From Angustibacter luteus (GTDB lineage Bacteria > Actinomycetota > Actinomycetes > Actinomycetales > Angustibacteraceae), in contig NZ_BAABFP010000005.1 in the NCBI RefSeq assembly GCF_039541115.1, positions 434,001 to 498,000 on the forward strand: a stretch of 64,000 nucleotides of DNA. The letters run 5' to 3'. Position 1 is the first letter of the stretch. Each line of letters opens with the position of its first letter. Shown piece after piece: positions 11,003 through 22,578 of the stretch. The notes beneath the pieces are model-generated. The model ran no database searches and was not told the origin of the DNA. It saw only the letters and a program-made list of their open reading frames with translations. The position numbers and the translations under genes are program-made.

Positions 11003-11817
11003 CCGGCGTCGCCGACGTGCTGGCCCGGACCCGGGCGGAGGGGCGGGCCGCGCTCGTGACCTACCTGCCGGTGGGTTACCCCGACGTCGAGACGTCCATC
11101 GAGGCCATCCGCACCATGGTGCGGGCGGGCGCGGACGTCGTCGAGGTCGGCGTGCCCTACTCGGACCCGCTGATGGACGGCCCGGTCATCCAGTACGCGG
11201 TCGACGTCGCGCTGCGCGGCGGCAGCCGCACCCGGGACGTGTTCAGCGCCGTCCGGGCGGTGGCCGACGAGGGTGCGGCCGCGCTGGTCATGACGTACTG
11301 GAACCTGGTGGACCACTACGGGGTCGAGACGTTCGCCGCCGAGCTGGCGCAGGCCGGGGGATCGGGCCTGATCACGCCAGACCTCATCCCGGACGAGGCG
11401 CACGAGTGGTTCGCCGCCTCCGAGCGGCACCACCTCGACCGGGTGTTCCTCGTCGCGCCGAGCTCCACGCAGGCGCGGCTGCGCTCGACGACTGCTGCCT
11501 GCCGGGGGTTCGTCTACGCCGCCAGCACCATGGGGGTGACCGGAGCGCGGGACGCCGTGGGCAGCGGCGCCCGTGAGCTCGTCGACCGCGTGCGCGCGGT
11601 GAGCGACGTGCCCGTGTGCGTGGGCCTGGGCGTCTCGACCGGGGCGCAGGCCGCCCAGGTCGCGTCGTTCGCGGACGGCGTGATCGTCGGGTCCGCGCTC
11701 GTGCGTTGCCTCACCGAGGCGCCGGACGTCGCCACCGGGCTGGCCGAGCTGGAGCGGCTGACCGCCGAGCTGGCCGAGGGCGTGCGGGCCGGGTCCCACC
11801 AGGGAGCGACCCGGTGA
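10999..11817 (+). CDS. trpA: tryptophan synthase alpha chain
   Basis: [27 protein letters not shown] overlap with trpB. Confidence 0.97.
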   Translation: MTGVADVLARTRAEGRAALVTYLPVGYPDVETSIEAIRTMVRAGADVVEVGVPYSDPLMDGPVIQYAVDVALRGGSRTRDVFSAVRAVADEGAAALVMTYWNLVDHYGVETFAAELAQAGGSGLITPDLIPDEAHEWFAASERHHLDRVFLVAPSSTQARLRSTTAACRGFVYAASTMGVTGARDAVGSGARELVDRVRAVSDVPVCVGLGVSTGAQAAQVASFADGVIVGSALVRCLTEAPDVATGLAELERLTAELAEGVRAGSHQGATR

Positions 11818-12695
11818 ACGCGGCGCTGCCCGCGACCATCCCCAGTCCGGCCCAGGGCGTCTGGCACCTGGGCCCGCTGCCGGTCCGCGCCTACGCCCTG
11901 TGCATCCTGATCGGCATCGCGTTGGCCGTCTGGATCGCCACCAAGCGGTGGCGGGACCGGGGCGGCCCCGAGGGCGCGGTCATGGACATCTCCGCCTGGG
12001 CGGTGCCCTTCGGCATCATCGGCGCCCGGGTCTACCACGTGGCCACCACCTGGCAGCCGTACTTCGCCTCCGGTGGCCATCCACTGGACGCACTGAAGAT
12101 CTGGAACGGTGGCCTGGGGATCTGGGGCGCCGTCGCCGGTGGCGCGCTCGGCGCGTGGATCGCCTGCCGCCGCAAGGGCGTCTCGTTCCTCATGTTCGCG
12201 GACGCGGCGGCGCCCGGTGTCGCCGTCGCCCAGGCGGCAGGCCGGCTCGGCAACTACTTCAACAACGAGATCTACGGCCGCCAGACCGACCTGCCCTGGG
12301 GACTTCGGGTGCACGAGTGGAACGCCGCCACCGGCGAGGCGGTGCGCGACGCCAACGGCCACGCCGTCCTGCTCCCGGGCGCCTACCACCCCACGTTCCT
12401 GTACGAGGCGATCTGGTGCCTGCTGGTGGCGGGCGCGCTCGTCCTCCTGGACCGCCGCTACCACCTCGACCGCGGGCGCACGCTGGCCCTGTACGTGATG
12501 CTCTACACGGTGGGCCGGTTCGCCATCGAGACGCTGCGCTCGGACACCGCGAACCTCATCCTGGGGCACCGGCTGAACGAGTGGACCTCGGTGATCGTCT
12601 TCCTCGGTGGCCTGGTGCTGTTCGTGGTGCAGACCCGGAAGGTCCGCAAGGCGTCTCACGATGCGGACGAGATTCCCGAGGCGCAAGACGTGTAA
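11814..12695 (+). CDS. lgt: prolipoprotein diacylglyceryl transferase
   Basis: [32 protein letters not shown]. Confidence 0.95.
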   Translation: MNAALPATIPSPAQGVWHLGPLPVRAYALCILIGIALAVWIATKRWRDRGGPEGAVMDISAWAVPFGIIGARVYHVATTWQPYFASGGHPLDALKIWNGGLGIWGAVAGGALGAWIACRRKGVSFLMFADAAAPGVAVAQAAGRLGNYFNNEIYGRQTDLPWGLRVHEWNAATGEAVRDANGHAVLLPGAYHPTFLYEAIWCLLVAGALVLLDRRYHLDRGRTLALYVMLYTVGRFAIETLRSDTANLILGHRLNEWTSVIVFLGGLVLFVVQTRKVRKASHDADEIPEAQDV

Positions 12696-12719
12696 CGCGG
12701 CGGAAACGTCCGCTAGAGT
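12692..12719 (+). promoter_or_regulatory. GlnR-type box and -10 of gltB
   Basis: GTAAC-N6-GAAAC (12692-12707) matches the actinobacterial GlnR a/b site; TAGAGT at 12714-12719. Confidence 0.7.
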
Positions 12720-12838
12720 TCGAACGAGCCGCGGGCCAACGCCGTCCTCGCGGGGAGCCGCCGGTGATCCCGGCGGTCAGTTGCGCACACGAAACGAGCC
12801 GCCGGTCCGGGGCTCGGAACGCGATCGGGACGGTGAAC

Positions 12839-15800
12839 ATGGGCTTGAGCAGTTTCTCCGCGCGCCCCGCAGCCACAGGGCTGTACGACGGCCGGCGTGA
12901 GCACGACGCCTGCGGCGTCGCCTTCGTGGCGACCATGCGTGGGCACGCCGGGCACGACATCGTCGAGCACGCGCTGACGGCACTGCGGAACCTCGACCAC
13001 CGCGGGGCCACCGGCGCCGACCCCACCGTCGGCGACGGTGCCGGGATCCTCACCCAGGTGCCGGACGAGTTCCTGCGTGCGAGCGTGGACTTCGAGCTGC
13101 CCACGGCCGGCGCGTACGCGGTCGGCCTCGCCTTCCTCCCGCAGGACGACGGTGAGTGCGCGGCGGTCGTGGCCGCGGTCGAGCAGATCGCCGTGGACGA
13201 GGGCCTCACGGTCCTGGGTTGGCGCGACGTGCCGGTCGTGCCCGACCTGGTCGGCGAGGTCGCCCGCGACTGCATGCCCGCCTTCCGGCAGCTCTTCGTC
13301 ACGGCCACCGGCAGCCGGCTCGTCGGCCTGGGCCTGGAGCGGCTCGCCTACGCGCTGCGCAAGCGCTCCGAGCGCGAGCTCGAGGTGTACTTCCCGTCGC
13401 TGTCCTCGCGCACCCTGGTCTACAAGGGCATGCTCACCACGGGCCAGCTCGAGCCGTTCTTCCCTGATCTGTCCGACCGGCGCTTCGCCACCGAGCTGGC
13501 CCTGGTCCACTCGCGCTTCTCCACCAACACCTTCCCGTCCTGGCCGCTCGCGCACCCGTTCCGGGTCATCGCGCACAACGGCGAGATCAACACGGTGCAG
13601 GGCAACCGGAACTGGATGGCCGCGCGCGAGAGCCAGATCCACAGCGACGTCATCCCCGGTGACATCTCTCGGCTGTTCCCCATCTGCAGCCCGCAGGCCA
13701 GCGACTCGGCGTCCTTCGACGAGGTGCTCGAGCTGCTGCACCTGGCCGGCCGGTCGCTGCCGCACGCAGTGCTGATGATGATCCCCGAGGCGTGGGAGAA
13801 CCACACCGAGATGGACGCCGACCGGCGGGCCTTCTACGAGTTCCACTCGGCGTTCATGGAGCCCTGGGACGGCCCGGCGTGCGTCACCTTCACGGACGGC
13901 ACGTTGATCGGCGCGGTGCTGGACCGAAACGGCCTGCGTCCCGGGCGCTACTGGGTGACCGAGGACGGGTTGGTCGTGCTGGCCAGCGAGGTCGGGGTGC
14001 TCGACCTCGACCCGGCCACCGTCGTCCGCAAGGGGCGGCTGCAGCCGGGACGCATGTTCCTGGTGGACACCGAGCGCGGCCGCCTGGTCGGCGACGACGA
14101 GGTCAAGGCCGAGCTGGCCGCGCAGAACCCCTACCAGGAGTGGCTGCACGCGGGGCTCATCCACCTGGCCGACCTGCCCGAGCGCGAGCACGTCGTGCAC
14201 ACCCCGGCGTCCGTGGCCCGCCGCCAGCGCACCTTCGGGTACACGGAGGAGGAGCTGCGCGTCCTCGTCTCCCCGATGGCCCGCACGGGTGCCGAGCCGA
14301 TCGGCTCGATGGGCACCGACTCGCCCGTCGCGGTGCTGTCCCAGCGGCCTCGTCTGCTCTTCGACTACTTCACCCAGCTGTTCGCGCAGGTCACCAACCC
14401 GCCCCTGGACGCGATCCGCGAGGAGCTCGTCACCTCGCTGGGCACCGTGATCGGGCCGGAGGTCAACGCGCTGGACGCGACCCCCGCGCACTGTCGCCAG
14501 CTCGTGCTGCCCTTCCCGGTGATCGACAATGACGAGCTGGCCAAGATCGTGCACATCAACGCGGACGGCGACCTGCCCGGCTACGCCACGACCGTGATCA
14601 AGGGCCTGTACGACGCGGGTGGCGGCGGTGCCGCGCTGCGGATGCGGCTGCACGAGATCTTCGAGGAGGTCTCGCAGGCCATCGAGGAGGGGTCGCGCTT
14701 CGTCGTCCTGTCCGACCGCGACTCCGGCCGCGACCTCGCGCCGATCCCGTCGCTGCTGCTCACCTCGGCCGTGCACCACCACCTGATCCGGGCCAAGACC
14801 CGCACCCAGGTGGGCCTGCTCGTCGAGGCGGGCGACGTCCGCGAGGTGCACCACGTCGCCCTGCTGATCGGCTACGGCGCGGCCGCGGTCAACCCGTACC
14901 TCGCCATGGAGTCCGCGGAGAACCTCGCCCGCACCGGGATGCTCGGCGACATCACCGCGGACGCGGCCGTGCGCAACCTCATCAAGGCGCTCGGCAAGGG
15001 CGTCCTGAAGGTGATGAGCAAGATGGGCATCTCCACCGTGGCCTCCTACCGGGGCGCGCAGGTCTTCGAGGCCATCGGCCTGTCCGGCGAGGTCGTCGAG
15101 GAGTTCTTCACCGGGACGACGAGCCAGCTCGGCGGCATCGGTCTCGACGTGATCGCCCAGGAGGCCGCGCAGCGGCACACCAGCGCCTACCCGGCCGACG
15201 GGGTGCTGCCCGCGCACCGCCGGCTCGAGGTCGGTGGGGAGTACCAGTGGCGGCGCGAGGGCGAGCCACACCTGTTCGACCCGGAGACCGTGTTCCGCCT
15301 GCAGCACGCCACCCGGGCGCGGCGGTTCGACGTCTTCCGCCAGTACACCGCGCGGGTCAACGACCAGTCCGAGCGGCTGATGACGCTGCGCGGCCTGCTG
15401 GAGCTGCGCCCCGACGGCGACGCCGCCAAGGCCAACCCGGTCGCGGCCATCCCGCTGGAGGAGGTCGAGCCGGTCAGCGAGATCGTCAAGCGGTTCTCGA
15501 CCGGCGCGATGAGCTACGGCTCGATCAGCCAGGAGGCGCACGAGACCCTGGCGGTGGCCATGAACCGGCTGGGCGCGCGGTCCAACACCGGGGAGGGTGG
15601 CGAGGACGACGACCGGCTGCTGGACCCGGTGCGGCGCAGCGCCGTCAAGCAGGTCGCCTCGGGTCGCTTCGGGGTGACCAGCCTCTACCTGACCCACGCC
15701 GACGACATCCAGATCAAGATGGCGCAGGGGGCCAAGCCCGGCGAGGGCGGCCAGCTGCCGGCGCACAAGGTGTACCCGTGGGTCGCCCGCACCCGGCACT

Positions 15801-17419
15801 CCACCCCCGGCGTCGGCCTCATCTCGCCGCCGCCGCACCACGACATCTACTCGATCGAGGACCTCGCCCAGCTCATCCACGACCTCAAGAACGCGAACCC
15901 GGCGGCCCGCGTGCACGTCAAGCTCGTCGCCGAGGTCGGGGTCGGGACGGTCGCCGCCGGGGTCAGCAAGGCGCACGCCGACGTGGTGCTCATCTCCGGC
16001 CACGACGGCGGCACCGGCGCGTCCCCGCTGACCAGCCTCAAGCACGCCGGCGCCCCCTGGGAGCTCGGCCTCGCCGAGGCGCAGCAGACGCTGCTGCTCA
16101 ACGGGTTGCGCGACCGGATCGTCGTGCAGGTGGACGGCCAGCTCAAGACCGGGCGGGACGTCGTCATCGCCGCGCTGCTCGGCGGCGAGGAGTTCGGGTT
16201 CGCCACGGCGCCACTGGTGGTGAGCGGCTGCATCATGATGCGGGTCTGCCACCTGGACACCTGCCCGGTCGGCATCGCGACCCAGAACCCCGAGCTGCGC
16301 GAACGGTTCAGCGGCAAGCCGGAGTTCGTCGAGACCTTCTTCGAGTACATCGCCGAGGAGGTCCGCGAGCTCCTGGCGTCGCTCGGGCTGCGCAGCCTCG
16401 AGGAGGCCATCGGCCGGGTGGACCTGCTGGACTCCCGACGTGCCGTCCAGCACTGGAAGGCGTCCGGGCTGGACCTGTCGCCCGTGCTGGCGGCCATCGA
16501 CCTGCCGGAGGGCGCGTCGCGTCGGCACACCACCAACCAGGACCACGGGCTGGAGAAGGCACTCGACCACACCCTGATCTCGATGAGCTCGGACGCCCTG
16601 GAGCGGCGGGAGCCGGTGCGCATCACGGTGCCGGTGCGCAACGTGAACCGCACCGTCGGCACCATGCTCGGCCACGAGGTCACGAAGCGGTACCCGACCG
16701 GCCTCGCCGACGACACGATCGACGTCACGCTGACTGGCTCGGCCGGGCAGTCGCTCGGCGCGTTCCTGCCCCGCGGGGTGACCCTGCGGCTCTTCGGGGA
16801 CACGAACGACTACCTCGGCAAGGGACTGTCCGGCGGACGGCTCGTCGTCCGGCCCGACCGGGCCTCGGTGCTCACCGCCGAGCTCAACGTGGTGGCCGGC
16901 AACGTCGTCGCGTACGGCGCCACCGCCGGCGAGATCTTCGTGCGCGGGCTGGCCGGCGAGCGGTTCTGCGTCCGCAACTCGGGCGCGACCGCCGTGGTCG
17001 AGGGGGTTGGCGACCACGCCCTGGAGTACATGACCGGCGGCACCGTGGTCATCCTCGGGGGCACCGGGCGCAACGTGGCGGCCGGCATGTCCGGGGGCAC
17101 GGCCTACGTGCTGGACCTGTTGCCAGAGCGCGTGAACCCGGGCGCGCTGGCCGCCGGCGAGGTCGAGCTCACCGCAGTCTCCGCCGAGACGGACGGCGAG
17201 CTGCTGCACGACCTGGTCGCGCGGCACCGGGAGGAAACGGGCTCCGCCGTCGCCAAGGCGCTGCTCGCCGACTGGCCCGCCGCGCTGCCGCGGTTCACCA
17301 AGGTGCTGCCGCGCGACTACCGGATCGTCGTCGAGGTCCGCGCCAACGCCCAGGACGAGGGACTCGACCCCGACAGCAGCGAGGTCTGGACCAGGATCAC
17401 GGAGGCTTCCCGTGGCTGA
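12839..17419 (+). CDS. gltB: glutamate synthase large subunit
   Basis: [41 protein letters not shown], 3Fe-4[14 protein letters not shown]. Confidence 0.98.
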   Translation: MGLSSFSARPAATGLYDGRREHDACGVAFVATMRGHAGHDIVEHALTALRNLDHRGATGADPTVGDGAGILTQVPDEFLRASVDFELPTAGAYAVGLAFLPQDDGECAAVVAAVEQIAVDEGLTVLGWRDVPVVPDLVGEVARDCMPAFRQLFVTATGSRLVGLGLERLAYALRKRSERELEVYFPSLSSRTLVYKGMLTTGQLEPFFPDLSDRRFATELALVHSRFSTNTFPSWPLAHPFRVIAHNGEINTVQGNRNWMAARESQIHSDVIPGDISRLFPICSPQASDSASFDEVLELLHLAGRSLPHAVLMMIPEAWENHTEMDADRRAFYEFHSAFMEPWDGPACVTFTDGTLIGAVLDRNGLRPGRYWVTEDGLVVLASEVGVLDLDPATVVRKGRLQPGRMFLVDTERGRLVGDDEVKAELAAQNPYQEWLHAGLIHLADLPEREHVVHTPASVARRQRTFGYTEEELRVLVSPMARTGAEPIGSMGTDSPVAVLSQRPRLLFDYFTQLFAQVTNPPLDAIREELVTSLGTVIGPEVNALDATPAHCRQLVLPFPVIDNDELAKIVHINADGDLPGYATTVIKGLYDAGGGGAALRMRLHEIFEEVSQAIEEGSRFVVLSDRDSGRDLAPIPSLLLTSAVHHHLIRAKTRTQVGLLVEAGDVREVHHVALLIGYGAAAVNPYLAMESAENLARTGMLGDITADAAVRNLIKALGKGVLKVMSKMGISTVASYRGAQVFEAIGLSGEVVEEFFTGTTSQLGGIGLDVIAQEAAQRHTSAYPADGVLPAHRRLEVGGEYQWRREGEPHLFDPETVFRLQHATRARRFDVFRQYTARVNDQSERLMTLRGLLELRPDGDAAKANPVAAIPLEEVEPVSEIVKRFSTGAMSYGSISQEAHETLAVAMNRLGARSNTGEGGEDDDRLLDPVRRSAVKQVASGRFGVTSLYLTHADDIQIKMAQGAKPGEGGQLPAHKVYPWVARTRHSTPGVGLISPPPHHDIYSIEDLAQLIHDLKNANPAARVHVKLVAEVGVGTVAAGVSKAHADVVLISGHDGGTGASPLTSLKHAGAPWELGLAEAQQTLLLNGLRDRIVVQVDGQLKTGRDVVIAALLGGEEFGFATAPLVVSGCIMMRVCHLDTCPVGIATQNPELRERFSGKPEFVETFFEYIAEEVRELLASLGLRSLEEAIGRVDLLDSRRAVQHWKASGLDLSPVLAAIDLPEGASRRHTTNQDHGLEKALDHTLISMSSDALERREPVRITVPVRNVNRTVGTMLGHEVTKRYPTGLADDTIDVTLTGSAGQSLGAFLPRGVTLRLFGDTNDYLGKGLSGGRLVVRPDRASVLTAELNVVAGNVVAYGATAGEIFVRGLAGERFCVRNSGATAVVEGVGDHALEYMTGGTVVILGGTGRNVAAGMSGGTAYVLDLLPERVNPGALAAGEVELTAVSAETDGELLHDLVARHREETGSAVAKALLADWPAALPRFTKVLPRDYRIVVEVRANAQDEGLDPDSSEVWTRITEASRG

Positions 17420-18869
17420 CCCGAGAGGCTTTCTGAGCGCACGCGAGCGCGAGCTGCCCACCCGACGTCCGGTGCCGATCCGGCTGCTGGACTGGCACGA
17501 GGTGTACGAGGACCAGCCGGCCGGCCAGCTCAAGCGCCAGGCCGGACGGTGCATGGACTGCGGGATCCCGTTCTGCCACCAGGGGTGCCCGCTCGGGAAC
17601 CTGATCCCGGAGTGGAACGACCTGACCTGGCGCGAGGACTGGCGCGAGGCGATCGAGCGTCTGCACGCGACGAACAACTTCCCGGAGTTCACCGGGCGGC
17701 TGTGCCCGGCTCCCTGCGAGAGCGCGTGCGTGCTCGGCATCAACCAGCCGCCGGTGACCATCAAGCAGATCGAGGTGTCGATCGTCGAGCGGGCCTTCGA
17801 GGCCGGCGGGGTGCAGCCGCTGCCGCCGGACCGGCTCACCGGCAAGACGGTCGCCGTGGTCGGCAGCGGGCCGGCCGGGCTCGCGGCCGCCCAGCAGCTG
17901 ACCCGGGCGGGCCACACGGTGGCGGTCTACGAGCGGGCCGACAAGATCGGCGGCCTGCTGCGCTACGGGATCCCCGAGTTCAAGATGGAGAAGTCGGTGC
18001 TGGACCGCCGGCTGGCCCAGATGGAGGCCGAGGGCACCCGGTTCCGCCCGGGCGTCGCCGTCGGTCAGCAGATCACCGGCAAGCAGCTGCGCGACCGGTA
18101 CGACGCGGTGGTCATCGCGACCGGCGCGACGGTGCCGCGCGACCTGCCGGCGCCGGGCCGCGAGCTCGGCGGGATCCTGCAGGCCATGGACTACCTGCCG
18201 CCGGCCAACCGGGCCGCGCTCGGCGAGGAGGCAGAGGGACTGGTCAGCGCCGAGGGCCTGGACGTCGTCATCATCGGTGGCGGCGACACCGGCGCGGACT
18301 GCCTGGGGACGGCCCTGCGTCAGCAGCCGCGCAGCGTGACCCAGCTCGAGATCATGCCGCGGCCCCCGGAGGAGCGGGCGTCCGCGCACCCGTGGCCGAT
18401 GTACCCGATGATCTACCGCGTCGCCAGCGCCCACGAGGAAGGCGGTGAGCGGGTGTACGCGGTGAGCACCAGCGAGTTCGTCGGGGACGCGGACGGCAAC
18501 GTCAGCGGGCTGCGCCTCCAGGAGGTCGAGATGGTCGAGGGCCGGTTCACCCCGGTCGAGGGCTCGCAGCGCGAGATCCCGGCCCAGCTGGTGCTGCTGG
18601 CCATGGGCTTCACCGGCCCCGAGCCGGACGGGGTCGTGGCCCAGCTGGACGTCGAGCTCGACGAGCGCGGCACGATCCGGCGCGACCTCGACTACGCGTC
18701 GACGACGCCGGGCGTGTACGTGGCCGGGGACGCCGGTCGGGGCCAGTCCCTGATCGTCTGGGCCATCGCGGAGGGCCGCGCCTGCGCCGCCGCCGTCGAC
18801 CGCTTCCTGACTGGTGACACGTCCCTGCCCAGCCCGATCCGCCCCACCGACCGACCGCTCACCGTCTGA
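17412..18869 (+). CDS. gltD: glutamate synthase small subunit
   Basis: [42 protein letters not shown]. Confidence 0.98.
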   Translation: MADPRGFLSARERELPTRRPVPIRLLDWHEVYEDQPAGQLKRQAGRCMDCGIPFCHQGCPLGNLIPEWNDLTWREDWREAIERLHATNNFPEFTGRLCPAPCESACVLGINQPPVTIKQIEVSIVERAFEAGGVQPLPPDRLTGKTVAVVGSGPAGLAAAQQLTRAGHTVAVYERADKIGGLLRYGIPEFKMEKSVLDRRLAQMEAEGTRFRPGVAVGQQITGKQLRDRYDAVVIATGATVPRDLPAPGRELGGILQAMDYLPPANRAALGEEAEGLVSAEGLDVVIIGGGDTGADCLGTALRQQPRSVTQLEIMPRPPEERASAHPWPMYPMIYRVASAHEEGGERVYAVSTSEFVGDADGNVSGLRLQEVEMVEGRFTPVEGSQREIPAQLVLLAMGFTGPEPDGVVAQLDVELDERGTIRRDLDYASTTPGVYVAGDAGRGQSLIVWAIAEGRACAAAVDRFLTGDTSLPSPIRPTDRPLTV

Positions 18870-18927
18870 CACGCCGGGGTGCCCCCGGGCAAGCGCTTCC
18901 ACCACGACGAGGAATAGGCTCCGAACC

Positions 18928-20370
18928 ATGCGCCGAGCGAAGATCGTCTGCACCTTGGGCCCCGCTGTCGACTCCCCGGAGCAGATCCGGGCCCTCGTGG
19001 AGGCCGGGATGGACGTGGCCCGGCTCAACCTGAGCCACGGCTCCTACGCCGACCACGAGAAGGTCTACCGGATGGTGCGGGAGGCCAGCGACAGCGTCGG
19101 GCGCAGCGTCGCCGTCCTGGTGGACCTGCAGGGGCCGAAGATCCGGCTCGGCAACTTCGCGAGCGGGCCGCAGGTGCTGGAGCCCGGTGACACGTTCACC
19201 ATCACCACGGAGGACGTGCCGGGCGACAAGGACCTGGTGTCCACGACGTACCAGGGTCTGCCCGGGGACGTGAACCCGGGCGACCGCATCCTCATCGACG
19301 ACGGCAAGGTCGCGGTCGAGGTGACCGCGGTCGACGGCCCGCGGGTGACCACCACGGTCATCGAGGGCGGCACGGTGTCCAACCACAAGGGGCTGAACCT
19401 GCCCGGTGTCGCCGTCAGCGTCCCCGCGATGTCGGAGAAGGACATCGCCGACCTGCGCTGGGGCCTGAAGCTGCGCGCTGACTTCATCGCCCTGTCCTTC
19501 GTGCGCAGCGCGGCCGACGCCGAGGACGTCCGCGCGATCATGCAGGAGGAGGGCGTCTCGCTGCCCGTCCTCGCCAAGATCGAGAAGCCGCAGGCCGTGG
19601 ACAACCTGGCCGAGATCGTCCGGGTCTTCGACGGGATCATGGTGGCCCGGGGCGACCTCGGCGTGGAGCTCCCGCTCGAGCAGGTGCCACTGGTGCAGAA
19701 GATCGCGGTGGAGCTGGCTCGCCGCAACGCCAAGCCGGTGATCGTGGCCACCCAGGTGCTCGAGTCCATGATCGAGAACTCCCGCCCGACCCGCGCCGAG
19801 GCCTCGGACGCCGCGAACGCGGTCCTGGACGGCGCGGACGCCCTGATGCTGTCGGGGGAGACCAGCGTCGGCAAGCACCCGATCGAGGCCGTGCGGACCA
19901 TGGCCCGGATCATCGAGAACACCGAGGACCACGGGCTGGAGCGCATCGCCCCCCTGGGTACCAAGCCGCGGACCAAGGGCGGTGCCATCACGTTGGCCGC
20001 CAAGACGGTCGGCGAGCAGCTGGACGTCAAGTACCTCGTGACCTTCACCCAGGGCGGCGACTCGGCCCGCCGGATGGCCCGGCTGCGCTCGAAGATCAAG
20101 CACCTGGTCTTCACCCCCGAGCCGATCGTGCGCTCCCAGCTGTCCCTGACGTGGGGGTGCGAGACGTTCCTCACGCCGTTCGTCACGCACACCGACGACA
20201 TGGTCAAGCAGGTCGACACGCTGCTGCTGTCCAACGGCCGCGCCCAGAAGGGCGACCTGGTGGTGATCGTGGCGGGCTCGCCGCCCGGGATCCCGGGGTC
20301 CACGAACGCGCTGCGGGTGCACCGGATCGGTGACGCCGAGGACGGCGCCGCGCCGGCCTACCGCAGCTGA
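18928..20370 (+). CDS. pyk: pyruvate kinase
   Basis: RRAKIVCTLGPA, DLQGPKIR, AKIEKP, MVARGDLGVE; TAGGCT -10 seven nt upstream (likely leaderless). Confidence 0.98.
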   Translation: MRRAKIVCTLGPAVDSPEQIRALVEAGMDVARLNLSHGSYADHEKVYRMVREASDSVGRSVAVLVDLQGPKIRLGNFASGPQVLEPGDTFTITTEDVPGDKDLVSTTYQGLPGDVNPGDRILIDDGKVAVEVTAVDGPRVTTTVIEGGTVSNHKGLNLPGVAVSVPAMSEKDIADLRWGLKLRADFIALSFVRSAADAEDVRAIMQEEGVSLPVLAKIEKPQAVDNLAEIVRVFDGIMVARGDLGVELPLEQVPLVQKIAVELARRNAKPVIVATQVLESMIENSRPTRAEASDAANAVLDGADALMLSGETSVGKHPIEAVRTMARIIENTEDHGLERIAPLGTKPRTKGGAITLAAKTVGEQLDVKYLVTFTQGGDSARRMARLRSKIKHLVFTPEPIVRSQLSLTWGCETFLTPFVTHTDDMVKQVDTLLLSNGRAQKGDLVVIVAGSPPGIPGSTNALRVHRIGDAEDGAAPAYRS

Positions 20371-20383
20371 CGGAGCGCAAAAC

Positions 20384-20419
20384 CAACAGCCCGAACCTGG
20401 TCTCAGGTTCGGGCTGTTG
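20384..20419. terminator. bidirectional hairpin terminator between pyk and tRNA-Pro
   Basis: perfect 16-bp stem caacagcccgaacctg / caggttcgggctgttg, 4-nt loop. Confidence 0.85.
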
Positions 20420-20436
20420 TCGACGTCTGCACAACG

Positions 20437-20510
<74 letters not shown>

Positions 20511-20633
20511 GTACATCCACCGCCAGGCGGACGCCGGTCATGTTATCGCAACGGCTGCGGGGTCGAGACCGCCACCTCCCCCCGGGCACCCGGGTTGGCA
20601 CGAAAGCCGCGCGTGACCAACTACCCTTCTGAG

Positions 20634-21269
20634 GTGACATCCGAGGGCACCCAGGCGCGTGACGCGCGGCAGGACGACGGCGCGAGCGACCGCGTCCTGA
20701 CCGTGCCCAACGCCTTGTCCGCGCTGCGGCTGGTCGGCGTCCCGGTGTTCCTCTGGCTGATCCTCAGCGAGCAGGACGGCTGGGCCCTCCTGGTGCTCAT
20801 GCTCTCCGGTGTCACGGACTACCTCGACGGCAAGATCGCGCGCCGGTTCGGGCTGGTGTCGAAGGTCGGTGCCCTGCTCGACCCGCTCGCGGACCGGCTG
20901 TACATCCTGACCACCCTCCTCGGGCTGGCCTGGCGCGAGATCATCCCCTGGTGGCTGGTCGCCCTGCTGCTCGGGCGCGAGCTGTTCATGGCTCTGGTCC
21001 TGCTGTGGTCGCGCAGCCGCGGGCACGCCACGCTCCCCGTGCACTTCGTCGGCAAGGCCGCCACCTTCAACCTGCTCTACGCGTTCCCGCTGCTGCTGCT
21101 CGGTGACGGCGACTCCGGCTGGGCCGAGGCGGCCCGGGCGATCGGCTGGGGCTTCGCCTGGTGGGGCACGGCGCTGTACTGGGTCGCCGGGGTGCTCTAT
21201 GCCGTGCAGGCCTCGCGCCTGCCGCGTCGCGACCCCAGCGCGGCCTCCGGGTCGAAGGTCCGCGGGTGA
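20634..21269 (+). CDS. CDP-alcohol phosphatidyltransferase (PgsA2-like)
   Basis: TVPNALSALR, DYLDGKIARR..G.LLDPLADR; start uncertain (20595-20634). Confidence 0.92.
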   Translation: MTSEGTQARDARQDDGASDRVLTVPNALSALRLVGVPVFLWLILSEQDGWALLVLMLSGVTDYLDGKIARRFGLVSKVGALLDPLADRLYILTTLLGLAWREIIPWWLVALLLGRELFMALVLLWSRSRGHATLPVHFVGKAATFNLLYAFPLLLLGDGDSGWAEAARAIGWGFAWWGTALYWVAGVLYAVQASRLPRRDPSAASGSKVRG

Positions 21270-22249
21270 GCGAGTACGAGACGGTCGCGGACGCTCCCGC
21301 GCCCCAGCGCAAGGACGCCTCGATGTCCCTGCTGGTCGACGTCATGACCCGTACGGTCGACCCCGGCTACGCGGAGGCCGCGCGCCGCCGCGCCGAGCGC
21401 GGCGGACAGCAGGAGCCCGGTGCTCGTGGTCGCAGCGTGCTGGCCGTGGTGGCCCTCGTCGTGGTCGGCCTGCTGCTGGCCACCGCCTGGTTGCAGACGC
21501 GCGGCACCCGGCCGGCCGGTGTGACGGCCCGCGAGCAGCTCGCCGCCGAGATCGAGCGCCAGGACGCGGCCGCGGGCCGGCTGCAGCGCAGCAACGCCGC
21601 CCTGCTCCAGCAGATCCAGGCGGAGCGGAACCGACAGCTCCAGGTCAACGCCCAGAGCGGCCTGGCCGACGAGGTGTCGAACCTCGCGCTGGTCACCGGG
21701 GCCGCTGCGGTCAAGGGACCGGGCATCACGGTGACGCTGGACGACGCGGACGCCGCGAAGGGCGGGTCCGCCGACGGCGACCCGAGGACGACGGAGCAGT
21801 CGGACGACGGACGCGTCCTCGACCAGGACCTCCAGCTCGTCGTCAACGGCCTGTGGGACGCCGGCGCCGAGGCCATCGCGATCAACGGGCAGCGGCTGAC
21901 CGCGCTGTCGGCGATCAGGTCCGCCGGTGAGGCGATCCTGGTGGACTACCGCCCGCTGTCACCGCCGTACCTCATCTCGGCGATCGGCAGCCCCGATACG
22001 CTGCAGACCCGATTCAGCGACGGGCCAGGGGGGCGCGACGTGCAGTACCTGAAGGACAACTTCGGGGTACGGGCGGCCATCACCAGCCAGTCGAACCTGG
22101 TTCTGCCCGCCAGCGCCGGCCTGGACACCCGGCGCGCCAAGGCACTGGACGCGGCCAGGTCCAAGGGCGCGAGCTCCAGCTCGCCGAGGAGCACGACGTC
22201 CGACCAGAGCCGCTCGTCCGCACCCGACCGAACGCAGGAGACCCCGTGA
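21266..22249 (+). CDS. DUF881 family protein
   Basis: V.GPG..VTL.D, D.DLQ.VVNGLW.AGAEAIAING.R. Confidence 0.9.
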   Translation: MSEYETVADAPAPQRKDASMSLLVDVMTRTVDPGYAEAARRRAERGGQQEPGARGRSVLAVVALVVVGLLLATAWLQTRGTRPAGVTAREQLAAEIERQDAAAGRLQRSNAALLQQIQAERNRQLQVNAQSGLADEVSNLALVTGAAAVKGPGITVTLDDADAAKGGSADGDPRTTEQSDDGRVLDQDLQLVVNGLWDAGAEAIAINGQRLTALSAIRSAGEAILVDYRPLSPPYLISAIGSPDTLQTRFSDGPGGRDVQYLKDNFGVRAAITSQSNLVLPASAGLDTRRAKALDAARSKGASSSSPRSTTSDQSRSSAPDRTQETP

Positions 22250-22578
22250 TCCCCGCCCTCGGACTCGTCGTCGGCATCGTCCTCGGCATCCTGCTGCAGC
22301 CGACCGTCCCGGTCTGGATGCAGCCCTACCTGCCGCTGGCGGTCGTCGCGGCGCTCGACGCCGTGTTCGGCGGCCTGCGCGCACTCCTGGACGGGATCTT
22401 CGACGACAAGGTCTTCGTGGTCTCGTTCCTGTCGAACGTGTTCGTGGCGGCGTTCATCGTCTACCTGGGCGACCAGCTGGGCGTCGGGTCGCAGCTGTCC
22501 ACCGGCGTGGTCGTCGTCCTCGGGATCCGGATCTTCTCCAACGTCGCCGCGATCCGGCGGCACCTGTTCCGCGCATGA
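22246..22578 (+). CDS. small basic family protein (DUF1290)
   Basis: YLP.AVVAALDAVFGG, RIFSNVAAIRR; between two DUF881 genes. Confidence 0.92.
   Translation: MIPALGLVVGIVLGILLQPTVPVWMQPYLPLAVVAALDAVFGGLRALLDGIFDDKVFVVSFLSNVFVAAFIVYLGDQLGVGSQLSTGVVVVLGIRIFSNVAAIRRHLFRA

Noticed and set aside
12713..17917. 1734-aa antisense ORF and similar long shadow ORFs (e.g. 26354-28963, 2549-4405, 44265-46961)
   Set aside because: They overlap clear genes and have no motifs; stop-poor alternative frames are expected at this GC content.
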